Source of the DNA: an uncultured Thermoplasmata archaeon | Lineage (GTDB): Archaea > Thermoplasmatota > Thermoplasmata > RBG-16-68-12 | Direction: 5' to 3' | Assembly (NCBI GenBank): GCA_963768855.1 | Contig: CAVYJM010000006.1 | Location: forward strand, 64,001 to 128,000 | Length of the DNA stretch: 64,000 bases | Part shown: piece after piece, positions 21,904 through 31,648 of the stretch | Position numbering within the stretch: position 1 is the stretch's first letter | Layout of the letters: each line of letters starts with the position of its first letter | Translations under genes and position numbers: made by a program | The notes under the pieces: generated by a model | The model's input: the letters and a program-made list of their open reading frames with translations, nothing else | Databases searched by the model: none | Told to the model about the DNA's origin: nothing

Positions 21904-22209
21904 TTATTTCTCGATATTGAACTGCGGGCGCCGGCGAACTGGAACGGCCATTTGGTCGTACCTATCGGCGAGCGCGCGTAGCAGGCGTCTGGTCTCAGGG
22001 TCCCTCACCTCCTCGGCGAAGGCGCGCGTTTGCCTGGCTGTTTCGTGGTGAATGCGGGCACTCGGGGATTCGCAGGCCGTTCCGCTCTCACAGGGCTGGA
22101 TCGCGCCGTGCTCGAAAATATGCCTGCCGATTAGCGATAGGCCCTCTTCGCAGAGCGCCACAAGGGACCATCCTTCTTTCGCCAAGCCGAAAAACTTTTG
22201 AGATGGCAT
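21904..22209 (-). CDS. Hypothetical protein
   Basis: 101-aa ORF with a helical C-terminus ARQTRAFAEEVRDPETRRLLRALADRYDQMA. Confidence 0.45.
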   Translation of the reverse strand: MPSQKFFGLAKEGWSLVALCEEGLSLIGRHIFEHGAIQPCESGTACESPSARIHHETARQTRAFAEEVRDPETRRLLRALADRYDQMAVPVRRRPQFNIEK

Positions 22210-22316
22210 CAGACATTCCTACTAGATGCGCGCGTGAAATCGCTCGTATTGTTGACGATCATGCCACTAGGTGCGGCTGTTCCGCTTGAACAACGCAGGG
22301 TCTTGTAAGCGGCGCT

Positions 22317-22533
22317 TCAGCCGTTGAAGTGTACGCACCGCTTGAATTCGGCCGCCAGCAAGTCGAGCATGGCGGAGAAAGCAGCGCTTGAGCTTATGCC
22401 ACCCTCAAGTGCTTGCTCATACGCTATAATAATTGCGCTCTTGAACTCGGTCCAACGCTTCAGAGGAAGCGTCGCATTCTTGAAATTCGTCAAAAACGGC
22501 CAGGGAAATCAGCCTCTTATCGTGGCTTAACAT
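22317..22533 (-). CDS. Small hypothetical protein (~71 aa after one indel repair)
   Basis: MLSHDKRLISLAVFDEFQECDASSEALD/EFKSAIIIAYEQALEGGISSSAAFSAMLDLLAAEFKRCVHFNG*. Confidence 0.45.
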
Positions 22534-22600
22534 GCTACGTACCCGCCCTTACACAACACTTACGCAAACTGTGCACTTGTATTCTGTATGCAGGTTACAT

Positions 22601-22615
22601 TTAAGGTTGCATTAA
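22601..22615. promoter_or_regulatory. CtrA-type box TTAA-N7-TTAA
   Basis: TTAA GGTTGCA TTAA in an AT-rich intergenic tract, 68 bp upstream of 22533. Confidence 0.6.
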
Positions 22616-23054
22616 AGTCAAGAAATAAGTTAAATCGAATTTTACTAAAATAGCACGCGCGGCGGTATTCCTTAGTAAATATTTGTCAGCAGTGAAACAG
22701 GGCGTACTATATAATACGCGTTATATTGGTGTTAGTGGCTGGATTCTAAGCTTCGGTGCGGCTGCTGAACCTTCCGTTTCTTTTGTGGCTCGCTTGGATT
22801 TATTGGCTCCCGCCAGCGATACATGCGCACGATACCGAGGCCTCATGCAAGCGAACGCGCCATTGTCGCCGAAAAGGCATTTGACCTTATCTGTATGGTT
22901 AAATATCACGGAGGGGTTTGTGGCTACAACCAATCGCGGGTTGTGTTGTATTAGATGGTGCCACTTATGGGCGTAGGGACTGTTCGACCCCTCCGGGCCT
23001 GCGCAAACGCTTGGGCGCCTGACCGGGGTCTGGAAATGGACTGCTCCGGCTATC

Positions 23055-23254
23055 ATGGTTAATGCGAGCATGGTAAACGCCGGGCGGGCATATTTTCGCC
23101 GCCGCATTTTTGCGAATCTTTTCTCGTTTTTGGCCAAATTCTGCGATTCCAGAATCCGTTTAAATATATTTGCAACGGCGAAATTAACCCTGAAACGGTG
23201 CATTCCGCGCCGCTCGCGCCCGGCGTCAAGCGCAACTTTCTGGCGCATAGTTAA
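23055..23254 (+). CDS. Putative small protein, FCESF family copy 3 (needs one base restored near 23097)
   Basis: MVNASMVNAGRAYF/PPHFCESFLVFGQILRFQNPFKYICNGEIN... Confidence 0.45.
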
Positions 23255-23308
23255 TGCCAAGGAGGTTTGGGGGGCGCTAAATGACAGAGGGGGCGGCGAG
23301 ATTAGCAC

Positions 23309-23412
23309 GCCCCCTCACCCCAGCCCTCTCCCGCGAGGGGAGAGGGGGCGGGCTGCGGCGCTTGCGAAGGCGTCCCCTCTCCCCTCGCGGGAGAGGGACA
23401 GGGTGAGGGGGC
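23309..23412. repeat. REP-like double hairpin
   Basis: CCCCTCACCCCAGCCCTCTCCCGCGAGGGG...GGGAGAGGGACAGGGTGAGGGG. Confidence 0.85.
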
Positions 23413-23598
23413 TTATCCCGCGCGTCAACACTCGCCCTGGCGCGAGCCGCGCGGGAAAAGCCGCAAACAACAGCTAGCCAAGCTCGAAAACCGCATGTAT
23501 ATCTGGCGGGACAATAATCTCGCATGGACCGTGCATCTCCGGGACGATGGCCCGTAGAGCCGCGCGGTCGTTGCATATTATCCGGAGTCCGACCTAAA

Positions 23599-23784
23599 AT
23601 GGCAGTCCCCAAGAGAAAAACGTCGCCCATGAAGCGCGGTTTCCGCCGTTCCGCCGACGCACTCGCCGCGCCCACCTATGTCGAGGACAAGGAGTCGGGA
23701 GAGCTGCGCCGTCCGCATCACATCGACCTCAAGTCCGGCAAGTACGGCGGGCGTCAAGTGCTGAAGCCCAAAGAGGAAATCTAG
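23599..23784 (+). CDS. rpmF: 50S ribosomal protein L32
   Basis: [22 protein letters not shown]...[14 protein letters not shown]. Confidence 0.97.
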   Translation: MAVPKRKTSPMKRGFRRSADALAAPTYVEDKESGELRRPHHIDLKSGKYGGRQVLKPKEEI

Positions 23785-23795
23785 CCGGCGGCAGC

Positions 23796-23825
23796 GTCAT
23801 TGCGAGCTTGGCGAAGCAATCCAGG
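23796..23825. repeat. GTCATTGCGAG-type REP
   Basis: GTCATTGCGAGCTTGGCGAAGCAATCCA; related copy at 42997. Confidence 0.65.
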
Positions 23826-23937
23826 AGTCACAGACGCCTGCGTGGCGCAGCCATTCCTGGACGCCCGCGGCGCTACAGCGCGTCGCGATGACGAGATCTA
23901 TATAGCCCGCGTTTTGCCCTAGCCCCGGGAGCCTCTT

Positions 23938-24972
23938 ATCGCCTCCATCGAGCTGGACATACAAGCGCCCCCCGCTCCGGCGGAGAACGCCGTTGCGGTC
24001 GAGATCGGGCTGAATGCGGCCATCGTCTCCATGATCGCGGACGAGCCGCAAATCCTGACCATGCGTCCAGCTGGCGCCCGCTCCTCCAAATCGGCGCCCT
24101 CATTGCCGTTCGGGCTGTTCACGCCGCTCAAGCACCGCACACTCGAAATCGGCCTCCGCGACTGGGTGAAGGGGCAGACTGGCCTCGACCTCGGTTATGT
24201 CGAGCAGCTTTATACGTTCGGCGACCGCGGCCGGCACGCGCGGCCCGGCGACGATGGGCTGCATGTCGTCTCCATTGGCTATCTGGCCCTTACCAAGACA
24301 GAGGACGCGCCGCTTGCCAGCGGCGTCGAGTGGAGCGGCTGGTACGCGCATTTCCCATGGGAGGATTGGCGCGACGGCAAGCCGCCAATCTTGAGCGAGG
24401 AGATCGAGCCGCGCCTTGAGGAATGGGCGAGCCGGCCCGAGCCGCCGGGCACGCCGCGCCGGCCGCTGGCCCGCATGGACCGGCTGCGCATGAGTTTCGG
24501 CCATTCGGTGCCGTGGGACGACGAGCGGGTTCTGGAGCGCTATGAGCTGCTTTACGAGGCTGGGCTGCTCGCGGAGGCGGCGCGCGATGGGCGTCCTGCC
24601 GCGAAGGATTGGGCAAGTTTGCCGCCGCTTGGGCGCCCGATGATGTTCGATCACCGCCGGATTCTGGCGACCGCGATGAGCAGGCTTCGCGGTAAGCTTA
24701 AGTATCGTCCGGTGATTTTTGAACTGATGCCCGAAACCTTCACTTTATTTGACCTCCAGCGTGTGGTAGAAGCGATACTCGGAAGCTACCTCCACAAGCA
24801 AAATTTCCGCCGGCTTGTGGAAAGCGCCGGGCTCGTGGAGCCCGCGGGAGGCGTTGCAGCCCGGACAGGCGGACGGCCCGCAAGGGTATATCGATTCAGG
24901 CGCAGCGTTCTGCTGGAGCGGCCCGCGCCCGGATTCCGTGTGAAAGTTCACAATGTTGCGCGCACAACCTAA
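23938..24972 (+). CDS. NrtR-like NUDIX/winged-helix regulator
   Basis: VEIGLNAAIV; LGYVEQLYTFGDRGR; FDHRRILATA..RLRGKLKYRPVIFELMP..FTL..LQ..LHKQNFRRLVE..GGRPA; start uncertain. Confidence 0.8.
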   Translation: MASIELDIQAPPAPAENAVAVEIGLNAAIVSMIADEPQILTMRPAGARSSKSAPSLPFGLFTPLKHRTLEIGLRDWVKGQTGLDLGYVEQLYTFGDRGRHARPGDDGLHVVSIGYLALTKTEDAPLASGVEWSGWYAHFPWEDWRDGKPPILSEEIEPRLEEWASRPEPPGTPRRPLARMDRLRMSFGHSVPWDDERVLERYELLYEAGLLAEAARDGRPAAKDWASLPPLGRPMMFDHRRILATAMSRLRGKLKYRPVIFELMPETFTLFDLQRVVEAILGSYLHKQNFRRLVESAGLVEPAGGVAARTGGRPARVYRFRRSVLLERPAPGFRVKVHNVARTT

Positions 24973-25306
24973 CCGCGTTAACCGTTGCCCTGTTAACACT
25001 ACCGATAAGAATCAACGCGTAATCCCCAGAATTGAACTTATTAACCGTTTTACAACCTTCTCAAAACCGGCGTATTTTGCTAATACTATGCCCATCAATG
25101 AGGTTAGCTTTACGCGCTCAAGTTGAGTCCATCGCTACGGCTAAGGACTGTCGCAGGTGCTATCACCTGCATAAAGATCATCATCCGGCATGGCTAGAAC
25201 TGCCCCAGGCGGGGGGGCAGATTTAATTTCGGAACCTCATGCGCGAGAGCTTCGGCGGATTGAGATGATGGCCATTGAACCAAGTGAACGAAGAGTGAGA
25301 GCGAGT

Positions 25307-25879
25307 ATGCCCGAGAAGAACAATTTAAAACAACGCTTCGGCTTCGAGACAAACGAATACGTTGTTTATCCGACGCATGGAGTGGGGCGTATCGTGGCGA
25401 TCGAGGAGCAGGAGATCGCGGGGTGCAAGCTTGAGCTTTTTGTCATTAACTTTGAAAAAGATAAAATGACTTTGCGCGTCCCGACCTCGAAGACGCAAAG
25501 CGCCGGCATGCGCAAGCTCTCCGACGAATCGATCCTCACCCGCGCCCTCGACACCCTGCGCGGCCGAGCGCGCGTTAAGCGCACGATGTGGAGCAGGCGG
25601 GCCCAGGAATATGAGGCAAAGATCAATTCAGGCGATCTTATCACCATAGCTGAGGTGGTTCGCGACCTGTACCGCTCCGACACCCAGCCCGAGCAGTCCT
25701 ATTCCGAGCGTCAGCTTTATGAGGCGGCGCTGGATCGCATGGCACGCGAAATAGCTGCTGCACAGGACGTCGACGAGTCGATTGCGGTCCAGAAGGTCGC
25801 CGAGGCCCTGACGAAGGGTGGCCGTATGCAGCGCAAGCAGGCTGAAGCTTCTGAAGGCGAGAAGAAGGCCGCAGCTTAG
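25307..25879 (+). CDS. carD: CarD/CdnL family transcription factor
   Basis: VVYPTHGVGRIVAIEEQEIAG; MWSRRAQEYEAKINSGD; SYSERQLYEAALDR. Confidence 0.93.
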   Translation: MPEKNNLKQRFGFETNEYVVYPTHGVGRIVAIEEQEIAGCKLELFVINFEKDKMTLRVPTSKTQSAGMRKLSDESILTRALDTLRGRARVKRTMWSRRAQEYEAKINSGDLITIAEVVRDLYRSDTQPEQSYSERQLYEAALDRMAREIAAAQDVDESIAVQKVAEALTKGGRMQRKQAEASEGEKKAAA

Positions 25880-25983
25880 CCGCGGCCGCTATCCAGAAGA
25901 ATTCATCGAAAGGCAACGGGGCAGCGAGCTTCCGTTGCCTGCGGCGGGTAGTAACGTTCGCCTGAAAATGATGAGTTCGGCCC

Positions 25984-26844
25984 TTATTGCAGTGTTTCTG
26001 AGCCGTGGCTGGGGGCTGCGCGGGCTTGCGGCAAAAACTCGATTTGCTCGGGCAAGATCACCGAGATGGCCGGTCCCCTTCTTTTCTCGATCCAGCCCCG
26101 GAGGCGGAGCGGGAGTTTTGCCCAGCTCTCTGGGGCTTGTTTATCGGCGAACGGCTTCTTTGCCGCTGGCTCGATTGTGGCTGTGACGCCATATCTGTTC
26201 GAAGCACCGAAGTGCAGGGTGATGCGGCCGCCACTTTCCGTAGCGTGATCGGTTGTGCCCTCTAGGATCTGGTAAGTCTCGACCAAATTGAGAATCGCGC
26301 GGGAATCGCTCGCTTTCAGTACCTTGAAGTAGGCGAGGCCCCAATGGCCGCTGTTCCCTTGCCGCGCGGCGGCCTCGGCGGCTAGGAGTTGCCGGGCGCA
26401 GGCGTGATTGCCGGTTTGCGGGACGGTTATGGCAAAGCCAGACCTAACCAGACCCTCCTGCAGCCAAACCGGCGGCTCACCCGCGACGTAGACGTGCCCC
26501 GTGTAGATCCCATAGCGATCACGCTGCAAGCCACCAAATTTGACCTCGACTTTCCGGCCAAGGGCTGCCTGGCGCAGGTACGCCGCAGCCGCCGCGGACG
26601 GGTCGAAGCCAGCCGGAACCGGAGCGGGCACCTGGATCTCGGCTAACCGCACAAACCGGCCATCCGCAAGCCGCAGCGTTTGCGGTCCGGCCACAGCAAC
26701 GGCCGTGCTCTCGCCGCCCGATTCCAACTGACAATCCGCGGCGGAACGATTTGGGGAAAGATACTGCGCCAGCGCGCGGTTTTGCGCGCACCCCGCAGCG
26801 CTAACGATAAGAGCAAGAGCGCAAGTTAGGAGGGGGTGCGGCAA
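25984..26844 (-). CDS. Exported thermonuclease (SNase-like) protein
   Basis: Signal peptide; TLRLADGRFVRLAEI; RDRYG; WLQEGLVRSGFA; AARQGNSGHW. Confidence 0.8.
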   Translation of the reverse strand: MPHPLLTCALALIVSAAGCAQNRALAQYLSPNRSAADCQLESGGESTAVAVAGPQTLRLADGRFVRLAEIQVPAPVPAGFDPSAAAAAYLRQAALGRKVEVKFGGLQRDRYGIYTGHVYVAGEPPVWLQEGLVRSGFAITVPQTGNHACARQLLAAEAAARQGNSGHWGLAYFKVLKASDSRAILNLVETYQILEGTTDHATESGGRITLHFGASNRYGVTATIEPAAKKPFADKQAPESWAKLPLRLRGWIEKRRGPAISVILPEQIEFLPQARAAPSHGSETLQ

Positions 26845-26854
26845 GGGTATCGCG

Positions 26855-27658
26855 CTATTCGCTGGATGTGCTTCCGGTGGACTTGCCCGTGGCGCCGCGC
26901 TGCCGTTCGAACAGTTTCACCGCGAGAATCGAGAGTTCATAGAGTAGCAGCGTCGGGATGGCCAGGGCGACCATGCTCGGGACGTCCGGTGGAGCGAGAA
27001 CCGCTGCAACCACAAAAATAAGAACGATGGCGTATCGCCACTGCTCGCGCAGCCACTGCGAGGTCACCATTCCCGCGCGCGCAAGCAAGGTGAGCAGCAC
27101 CGGCAGTTGAAAGCAAAGGCCGAACGCCAGAATGAAAGTCATGGTGAGATGCAGATAATTGCCGACGTCGGGGAGTGCCTCGATCTCTATATCGCCGGTC
27201 TGCTGCATGGATAGGAAGAACCGCACGGCAAGCGGCATGACAACAAAGAACACGATCGCGCCGCCGAGCAAGAAGAGTACAGGCGAGGCAATCAAAAAGG
27301 GCAGAAAAGCCTTGCGCTCGTTCCGGTAAAGGCCAGGGGCCACGAACATGTAAATCTGGGAGGCGAGCACTGGGAAGGAGAGCGCGATCGCCCCAAAAAA
27401 GGCCACGCGCACATCGGTGACAAACTTTCCCTCCAGGGCTGTGTAGATCAGCTTTATGTGGGGGTTCTCGCCCCCTACGGCGAGCTTGTAGGGGATCAGC
27501 AGAAAATTATAAATGTGGTTGGAGAAGATGTAGCAAAAGACAAAGCCGATGCAGATCGCCGCGACGCTATAGATAAGCCTCCGCCGGAGCTCGATCAAAT
27601 GCTCAAGCAGCGGCGCCTTCGTCTGGTCGATTTCTTCTTCGGGATTTGCCACAGCCAT
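26855..27658 (-). CDS. tatC: Twin-arginine translocase TatC
   Basis: APLLEHLIELRRRL; APGLYRNE; FGLCFQLPV; APPDVPSM. Confidence 0.96.
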   Translation of the reverse strand: MAVANPEEEIDQTKAPLLEHLIELRRRLIYSVAAICIGFVFCYIFSNHIYNFLLIPYKLAVGGENPHIKLIYTALEGKFVTDVRVAFFGAIALSFPVLASQIYMFVAPGLYRNERKAFLPFLIASPVLFLLGGAIVFFVVMPLAVRFFLSMQQTGDIEIEALPDVGNYLHLTMTFILAFGLCFQLPVLLTLLARAGMVTSQWLREQWRYAIVLIFVVAAVLAPPDVPSMVALAIPTLLLYELSILAVKLFERQRGATGKSTGSTSSE

Positions 27659-27666
27659 GTCTTAGC

Positions 27667-28155
27667 TCAGGCTACTGGTGCAGCATGTTCTGTTGAGGGC
27701 CCGGCCACCGCTCCCTGCCCGGCCGAAGCAGCTATTTCTCCCGCCTTATCGCTCAGCGGGTCGAGTTCAACTGCTGCCACCGTGGCCCCTCCCAATTCCG
27801 CCGCCGGCGTGACACTAGCCTGTGCCTGCGTAACACCCGCGAACGATGGCGGCACGGAAGCTTGCGTACCCGCGGGCTGCGGCTTCGGCGCGTAGCTCTG
27901 ATTGATTGCACTATCGATGGTGGCGCGGAGCTGCGACGAAGGATTCAAAGACCGTAAGTCGTTGATATTCTTGTGCAGATCATCATAGCCTGCCTCGCGC
28001 ATCGAATCCTCGAAATGGCGGCGGAATTCATCGGCGGAGCGCCGCAGCTTGGCAGTCACCTGGCCTAGCTTATGGAGAACGGCGGGCAGTTCCTTAGGGC
28101 CGATGAAAATCAGCGCAACGACTGCTATCAGCAGAATCTCGGACCACGAGAACAT
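27667..28155 (-). CDS. tatB: Twin-arginine translocase TatB
   Basis: FSWSEILLIAVVALIFIGPKELP. Confidence 0.93.
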   Translation of the reverse strand: MFSWSEILLIAVVALIFIGPKELPAVLHKLGQVTAKLRRSADEFRRHFEDSMREAGYDDLHKNINDLRSLNPSSQLRATIDSAINQSYAPKPQPAGTQASVPPSFAGVTQAQASVTPAAELGGATVAAVELDPLSDKAGEIAASAGQGAVAGPSTEHAAPVA

Positions 28156-28206
28156 TCTAAGACCGCTGCCTCATGTGAGCCCGGCGCGCAACGCACCGCG
28201 AGCTTC

Positions 28207-28476
28207 TCAAACTCTTGTTCCAGATTCCGTGTTCGCGGGCGTACCGGCCTCGGTCTTTGCCTGTTGATTGTCGAGCGGCTTTGGTGCCGTTTGGGCAGTC
28301 GAAGCCGGGACCTCGTCCTCGGCCATCCCCTTCTTGAAGGCCTTGACGCCCTTTGCCACGTCTCCCATCAGGTCCGAAACCTTGCCCTTGCCAAACAGGA
28401 GAATAATCACCAGCAAGATCAGCCCCATTTGCCAGGGGTTACCAAGCATCATCAGGTTTTGGGGCATCGTATCCAT
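28207..28476 (-). CDS. tatA: Twin-arginine translocase TatA
   Basis: [29 protein letters not shown]; GGAG RBS before ATG 28476. Confidence 0.93.
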   Translation of the reverse strand: MDTMPQNLMMLGNPWQMGLILLVIILLFGKGKVSDLMGDVAKGVKAFKKGMAEDEVPASTAQTAPKPLDNQQAKTEAGTPANTESGTRV

Positions 28477-28644
28477 GTTTACTCCATCCGACTCGCGCTG
28501 CCGGCGGGCAGGCACGCTCATCCATCCCGGTTGCTCAGAACGTGGCCGCACGCGCGTGGCATGTCAAGCACGCCGAAGTCTATAGAGCAAACCAAGCCAG
28601 ATTTTGATCGATATTCAGAGGAATGCTTAACCGCGGCGGACGCG

Positions 28645-29475
28645 TTAACCGGCGGAAGCGGCACGCAACGGCGGGTCCGCCTCCTCTGCTTCCTCTGCTT
28701 CCTCTGCCTCTTCCGGCTCTTCGGATGCCAGCGGCTCTTCCTCCTCAGGCGCCTGCTCCCCCGAAGGGTCCTCGTCTTCTAGCGGCACCTCGTCCTCTCT
28801 CAAGATCACGGTATCGTCCGGCTCGGGAACGGCGAAACCTGGCGGCAGGTTGCTATCGAGAAGGCCGGCGCCCTTAAGCTCAGCAAGGCCGGGCAGGTCG
28901 CGGATGGAATCGAAGCCGAAATGTTCGAGGAACGCCTCGGTAGTGCCGTAGGTGACGGGCCTGCCTGGCGCCCGCCTGCGTCCGCGCAAACGCACCCAGC
29001 CGATTTCCAGAAGCACGTCGAGCGAGCCCTTGGAGGTGCTGACGCCGCGGATTTCCTCGATCTCCGCGCGCGTGACGGGCTGGTGATAGCCGATGATCGC
29101 CAGAGTTTCGAGCGCGGCCTTGGAAAGCTTCCGCTGCTCGACGGAATAGTGCTCCAGCAGGAACGACAAATCCTCGGCGGTGCGGAATGCCCACTTGCCC
29201 GCGACGTGGACTAGATTGACGCCGCGGCCTGAATAGAGGCTCTGCAGTTCGTCCAGAAGCAGCTTGACATCGTCCTTGGCGCCAAGATGCTTGGCGAGCG
29301 AAGCCTCATCGAGTGGCTCGGCCGCCGCAAAAAGCAGCGCTTCCAGGATGCGCAGTTTCTCGCGCCGGTCCGCCGACGGTAGCCGCGCGATGTTGGAAGG
29401 AAGCTGCAGCGGCAGGATGGGCGCGCGCCCGCTGCCACTTCCGCCGCCCGGTTTGTTGCCGTCCTTGCTTGCCAT
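28645..29475 (-). CDS. scpB: SMC-Scp complex subunit ScpB
   Basis: LEALLFAAAEPL; LSKAALETLAIIGYHQPVTRAEIEEIRGV; YGTTEAFLEHF. Confidence 0.95.
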   Translation of the reverse strand: MASKDGNKPGGGSGSGRAPILPLQLPSNIARLPSADRREKLRILEALLFAAAEPLDEASLAKHLGAKDDVKLLLDELQSLYSGRGVNLVHVAGKWAFRTAEDLSFLLEHYSVEQRKLSKAALETLAIIGYHQPVTRAEIEEIRGVSTSKGSLDVLLEIGWVRLRGRRRAPGRPVTYGTTEAFLEHFGFDSIRDLPGLAELKGAGLLDSNLPPGFAVPEPDDTVILREDEVPLEDEDPSGEQAPEEEEPLASEEPEEAEEAEEAEEADPPLRAASAG

Positions 29476-29896
29476 GGCAAACCTTCCGATATCCCCAACT
29501 TTATCAAAGGATAATTCGCCTGATTTGCGCAGGTTGCGCAAGGGGCCGTTTTGGCCGTTGGCTGGCCGGGAACGCCCCTGGGAACAGGCTTAATTTAGCG
29601 CCAGAAGTGGTACAACCAAGCTTAGATATTGGTAGTTCTTCCACAGTGCTTGAGGCCGCATTCCATTGTTCTGTGATCGAGTTTGAGGCACTTGGGTGAA
29701 CAAATCCCTAACATTGATGCATGTATACCACTAGCGCGAGAAACTGTTCCGACGTTTCTCTGTAGGGTTGCGCGACGCTCGCGACTTTATTAGTGGTTGC
29801 GCCGTCTCTACTGTAAGCAACAGGCAAAATAAGGGTCCCTCGCCGCTCCGGGAACACCGGCAGCGAACGGTGACGTTTTTCCGAAAGACGGACAAC

Positions 29897-30882
29897 ATGC
29901 GCACCACACTCAAGTTCGCAGCGTTAGTTCTGTTGGCGAGTAGCGTAACGGCCGCGGCGGATGGCACTGGCGGCATGAAGGACCAGGCCGCCGCCACGGC
30001 AGTAAGCCCCAATTGGGACATCGCCTTTGGCGGCTACACCGCCTCGGATTACATTTTCCGCGGCATCACCCAGTCGGCGCATTGGCCGACGGTCTCCGGC
30101 TACTCCGAGCTGCGCTACAATCCGCTTAAGGATGTGCAGCTTTATGCGGGCTCTTCGACGGAAAGCATCGACTACCCGAATCGTGCGGCGGCCGAGGTCG
30201 ATTTCTACGGCGGCGTCCGGCCCACCTTCGACAAGCTCGCCCTGGATTTCGGCTTTTGGTACTATTGGTATCCCGGCGGGCGCCTGTTTAATGGGCTCGG
30301 GCCGGATGGTCCCAATCCAAATTGCACAAACGGGTTCAAGCCGTTTCAAACGAGCGCCTGCAACGTCTACGAAGCCGACCTGAGCTTCTGGGAGGTTTAC
30401 GGCAAGGCCACATACACCGTGAACGATACGGTGACGCTCGGCGCCAACGCCTATTACTCGCCGTCATGGCTCAGTGAAGGCGCGGACGGCCTGTGGGCGG
30501 CCGGCTCGGTGAAGCTCACAGCGCCTTCGGGCTGGATTCAACGGTGGTTCCTAAAGGAACGGGCGCATTTTTCCTGGGTGACGTAGGACACTACTGGTTC
30601 GGCCAGACCAACGCATTTTACGGCAATATCGATCTGCCCGATTACACCGGGTGGGATCTGGGCGTCACCTTCACCTACAAGGTGTTCAGCCTCGACTTCC
30701 GCTATTACGACACCGATCTCTCCAAAGCGGACTGCAACGTGCTGACCTCGGATCACACCGCGACGTTCAGCTCTGGCAACATCACGTCCACCAATCCGAG
30801 CGGGCTAGGCTCGAACTGGTGCGGCGCCGCTTTTGTGGTGAAGGCATCGTTCGACTTAACGGCCGAAACCAATTTGAAGTAG
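29897..30882 (+). CDS. TorF-family putative porin, frameshift near 30535
   Basis: Signal peptide; SDYIFRGITQS; EVDFYGGVRPTF; FSLDFRYYDTDL. Confidence 0.8.
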
Positions 30883-30924
30883 CAGCAGTTTGCACGCCGG
30901 CGCGGCATCGTCTGAGGCGGGCGA

Positions 30925-31605
30925 TCAACGGGTCTGCGATCGCTCGATGACCGCCCGGTATGCCTCCCGGGCTCTATTATAGCGCCCAGCCAGCTGTGCT
31001 TTCACACCATCGGGCGCTCGCTCTGGACGCCCGCAATCGAACGGCGGAGCCGGGTCGTACTCAATGCTGAGCTGGATCGCCTGGGCTACCGCCTCACCTG
31101 CTATGTCCGCCACGATGCCGAGGCCGAAGTCGATACCCGAGGTGACGCCGCCGGCGGTGGTGACGTTGCCGTCTGTGACCACGCGAGCTTTCTCGTAAGT
31201 TGCGCCCACAAGGGGAAGCAGATCGGTGTAGGCCCAATGGGTTGTCGCGCGGCGGCCCTTCAACACGCCGGCCGCACCTAGCACGAACGCCCCTGTGCAA
31301 ACCGACGTCACATACCTCGCCCCGCCAGCTTGGCGGCGCACAAAGTCAATCGTATCCATATCGGCGATGGCGCCAACAATACCGCTGCCGCCGGGAACGC
31401 AGATTAAATCCAGAGGCGGACAGGTTGCAAAGCTATGAGTTGGCAAAAGGCTTAGACCGCAGTCGCTCGGCACGGGGGCATCCGATTTGGCGACGACGTG
31501 TGTTGCGACTGACTGAGGCAACTGCGCCAAGACCTGCAACGGTCCCGTAAAGTCGAGTTGCGTCAACTCCGGGAAAATAACGAAGCCGATATTGAAGAGG
31601 GACAT
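30925..31605 (-). CDS. DJ-1/PfpI family protein (isonitrile hydratase-like)
   Basis: TQLDFTGP; SVCTGA..LGAAG.LKGRRATTHW; GGVTSGIDF; IQLSIEYDPAPPF. Confidence 0.9.
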   Translation of the reverse strand: MSLFNIGFVIFPELTQLDFTGPLQVLAQLPQSVATHVVAKSDAPVPSDCGLSLLPTHSFATCPPLDLICVPGGSGIVGAIADMDTIDFVRRQAGGARYVTSVCTGAFVLGAAGVLKGRRATTHWAYTDLLPLVGATYEKARVVTDGNVTTAGGVTSGIDFGLGIVADIAGEAVAQAIQLSIEYDPAPPFDCGRPERAPDGVKAQLAGRYNRAREAYRAVIERSQTR

Positions 31606-31648
31606 GGCTGGCTTCCGTGGGGTTTGCCGTTAGCTGCCTGCGTGACCG

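Noticed and set aside
22721-23308. 195-aa minus-strand ORF
   Set aside because: The equivalent frame has stops in the other two copies of the module, so it is more likely a shadow of the plus-strand FCESF frame.
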